From Mobula hypostoma (taxonomy: Eukaryota): DNA of 64,000 nt. Of the stretch, positions 61,862 through 64,000 are shown piece by piece. The stretch covers positions 43,402,001-43,466,000 of the forward strand of contig NC_086108.1 in the NCBI RefSeq assembly GCF_963921235.1, read 5' to 3'. The notes under the pieces were generated by a model. That model saw only the letters and a program-made list of their open reading frames with translations. It made no database searches and was not told the DNA's origin. Made by a program: the position numbers and the translations under genes. How positions within the stretch are numbered: the stretch's first letter is position 1; each line of letters begins with the position of its first letter.

Positions 61862-62847
61862 TTAGACCATAAGGCATAGGAGCAGAATTAGGCTAATTGG
61901 TCCATTGGATCTGCTCCACCATTCTATCACAGCTGATTTATTATTCCCCTCAACCTCATTCTCCTGCCTTCTCCCTGTAACCTTTGACACCCTGACTAAT
62001 CAAGAACCTTTCAACCTCTACTTTAAATCTACTCAATGACTTGGCAACCACGACCAGTTGTGACAATGAATTCCACAAATTAACCTCCCCCCGGCTAAAG
62101 GAATTCCTGCTCATCTCTGTTTGAAATGGACATCCCTCTATCTGAGACTGTGCCCTCTGGTCATAGGCTTACCCTCTAGAGGAAACATTCTCTCTCTCCC
62201 CCCCAGCCCCATTCTTCTAAACTCCGGTGAGTCCAAGCTCAGAGCCATCAAATACTCTTCATATGTTAACCCATTCATTCCTAGAATCATTCTCGTGAAC
62301 CTCCTCTGGACCTTCTCTAATGTTAGCACATTTTTTCTTAGACAACAGGCCCAAAACTGCTTACAGTACTGCATCCAGTCTAGCCAGTGCCTTATAAAGC
62401 CACAGCATCACATCTTTGTTCTTGTATTCTAGTCCTCTCAAAATGACTGCTAACATTACATTTGCCTTCCTTACTACCAACTCAACTTGCAAGTTAACCT
62501 GCAGAAGGACTTCAGTTCCTATGTACCTCTTACTTTTGAATTTTTTTCCCATTTAGAACATACTCTACACCTTTATTCCTTCTATCAAGGTCATGCTTTT
62601 CTACCCTAGAATCCATTTGCCACTACTTTGCCCATTCTCCCAATGTGTGTAAGACCTCCTGAAGACTCCCTGCTTCCTCAACACTACTTGACCCTCCACC
62701 TATCTTTGTACTGTCTGCAAACCTGACCACAAAGCCATGAATTCCATCATTTAAATTGTTGACATATAACATGGAAAGAAGCAGTCACAATACCTTGCCC
62801 TGCAGAGCACCATTTGTCATCGGCAGCCAAACAGAATAGGTCCTCTT
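61862..62847 (-). mobile_element. CR1 LINE 3' part; resumes at about 63856-64000 after the Rex1 insertion
   Basis: Tail 'agaccataaggcataggagcagaattagg', LEKVQRRFTRMI, and 'gtggcatcttgtcaaaggccttctg' at the window end. Confidence 0.82.
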
Positions 62848-63855
62848 TAGTCATAGTCATAGTCATACTTTATTGATCCTGGGGAAATTGGTTTTCGTTA
62901 CAGTTGCACCATAAATAATAAATAGTAATAGAACCATAAATAGTTAAATAGTAATATGTAAATTATGCCAGTAAATTATGAAATAAGTCCAGGACTAGCC
63001 TATTGGCTCAGGGTGTCTGACCCTCCAAGGGAGGAGTTGTAAAGTTTGATGGCCACAGGCAGGAATGACTTCCGATGACGCTCTGTGCTGCATCTCGGTG
63101 GAATGAGTCTCTGGCTGAATGTACTCCTGTGCCCACCCAGTACATTATGTAGTGGATGGGAGACATTAACCAAGATGGCATGCAACTTAGACAGCATCCT
63201 CTTTTCAGACACCACCGTGAGAGAGTTCAGTTCCAGCCCCACAACATCACTGGCCTTACGAATGAGTTTGTTGATTCTGTTGGTGTCTGCCACCCTCAGC
63301 CTGCTGCCCCAGCACACAACAGCAAACATGATAGCACTGGCCACCACAGACTCGTAGAACATCCTCAGCATCGTCCGGTAGATGTTAAAGGACCTCAGTC
63401 TCCTCAGGAAATAGAGACGGCTCTGACCCTTCTTATAGACAGCCTCAGTGTTCTTTAACCAGTCCAGTTTATTGTCAATTCGTATCCCCAGATATTTGTA
63501 ATCCTCCACCATGTCCACACTGACCCCCTGGATGGAAACAGGGGTCAACGGTACCTTAGCTCTCCTCAAGTCTACCACCAGCTCCTTAGTCTTTTTCACA
63601 TTAAGCTGCAGATAATTCTGCTCACACCATGCGACAAAGTTTCCTACAGTAGCCCTGTACTCAACCTCATCTCCCTTGCTGATGCATCCAACTATGGCAG
63701 AGTCATCAGGAAACTTCTGAAGATGACAAGACTCTGTGCAGTAGTTGAAGTCCGAGGTGTAAATGGTGAAGAGAAAGGGAGACAAGACAGTCCCCTGTGG
63801 AGCCCCAGTGCTGCTGATTACTCTGTCGGACACACAGTGTTGCAAGCACACTCTT
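62848..63855 (-). mobile_element. Young 5'-truncated Rex1/Babar LINE with an open RT C-terminal frame (63000-63855)
   Basis: GAPQGTVLSPFLF, KFPDD, LNVKKTKEL and YKYLG motifs without stops. (TGACTA)n tail. Confidence 0.9.
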
Positions 63856-64000
63856 ATTTCCACTCTTTGCCTCCTATCAGTCGGCTAATCCTCTGTTCAT
63901 GCTAGTATCTCTCCTGTAGTAGCATGGGCTCTTGTTAAGCAGCCCGATTTGTGGCATCTTGTCAAAGGCCTTCTGAAAATACAAGTAAGCAATATCTACT

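Overview
Eukaryotic, repeat-dense DNA. The CR1, Rex1/Babar, V-SINE and Penelope repertoire suggests a cartilaginous fish, probably a ray (inference). The only host gene I can support is a CDC14A-like dual-specificity phosphatase on the + strand. It has five internal coding exons (23581-23643, 27230-27317, 28873-29103, 31765-31903, 61668-61830) that splice in frame, rebuild the catalytic HCKAGLGRT motif and use one non-canonical GC donor. Most of the remaining sequence is mobile elements: three L1 families (including a full-length copy with an apparent 3' transduction and a twin-primed inverted copy), many CR1 and Rex1/Babar fragments, an RTE fragment, two Tc1 elements (one with an uninterrupted DD34E transposase), two non-autonomous Tigger/pogo copies, solo LTRs and tRNA-derived SINEs. 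The most striking system is a Penelope-like (GIY-YIG) retroelement family. It carries a minimal hammerhead ribozyme motif and repeatedly inserts as fold-back palindromes with the same asymmetric ends: a 2.3-kb near-perfect palindrome with a 14-bp TSD, and two miniature versions of about 0.2 kb. All family assignments come from motif recognition by eye; no database search was run.
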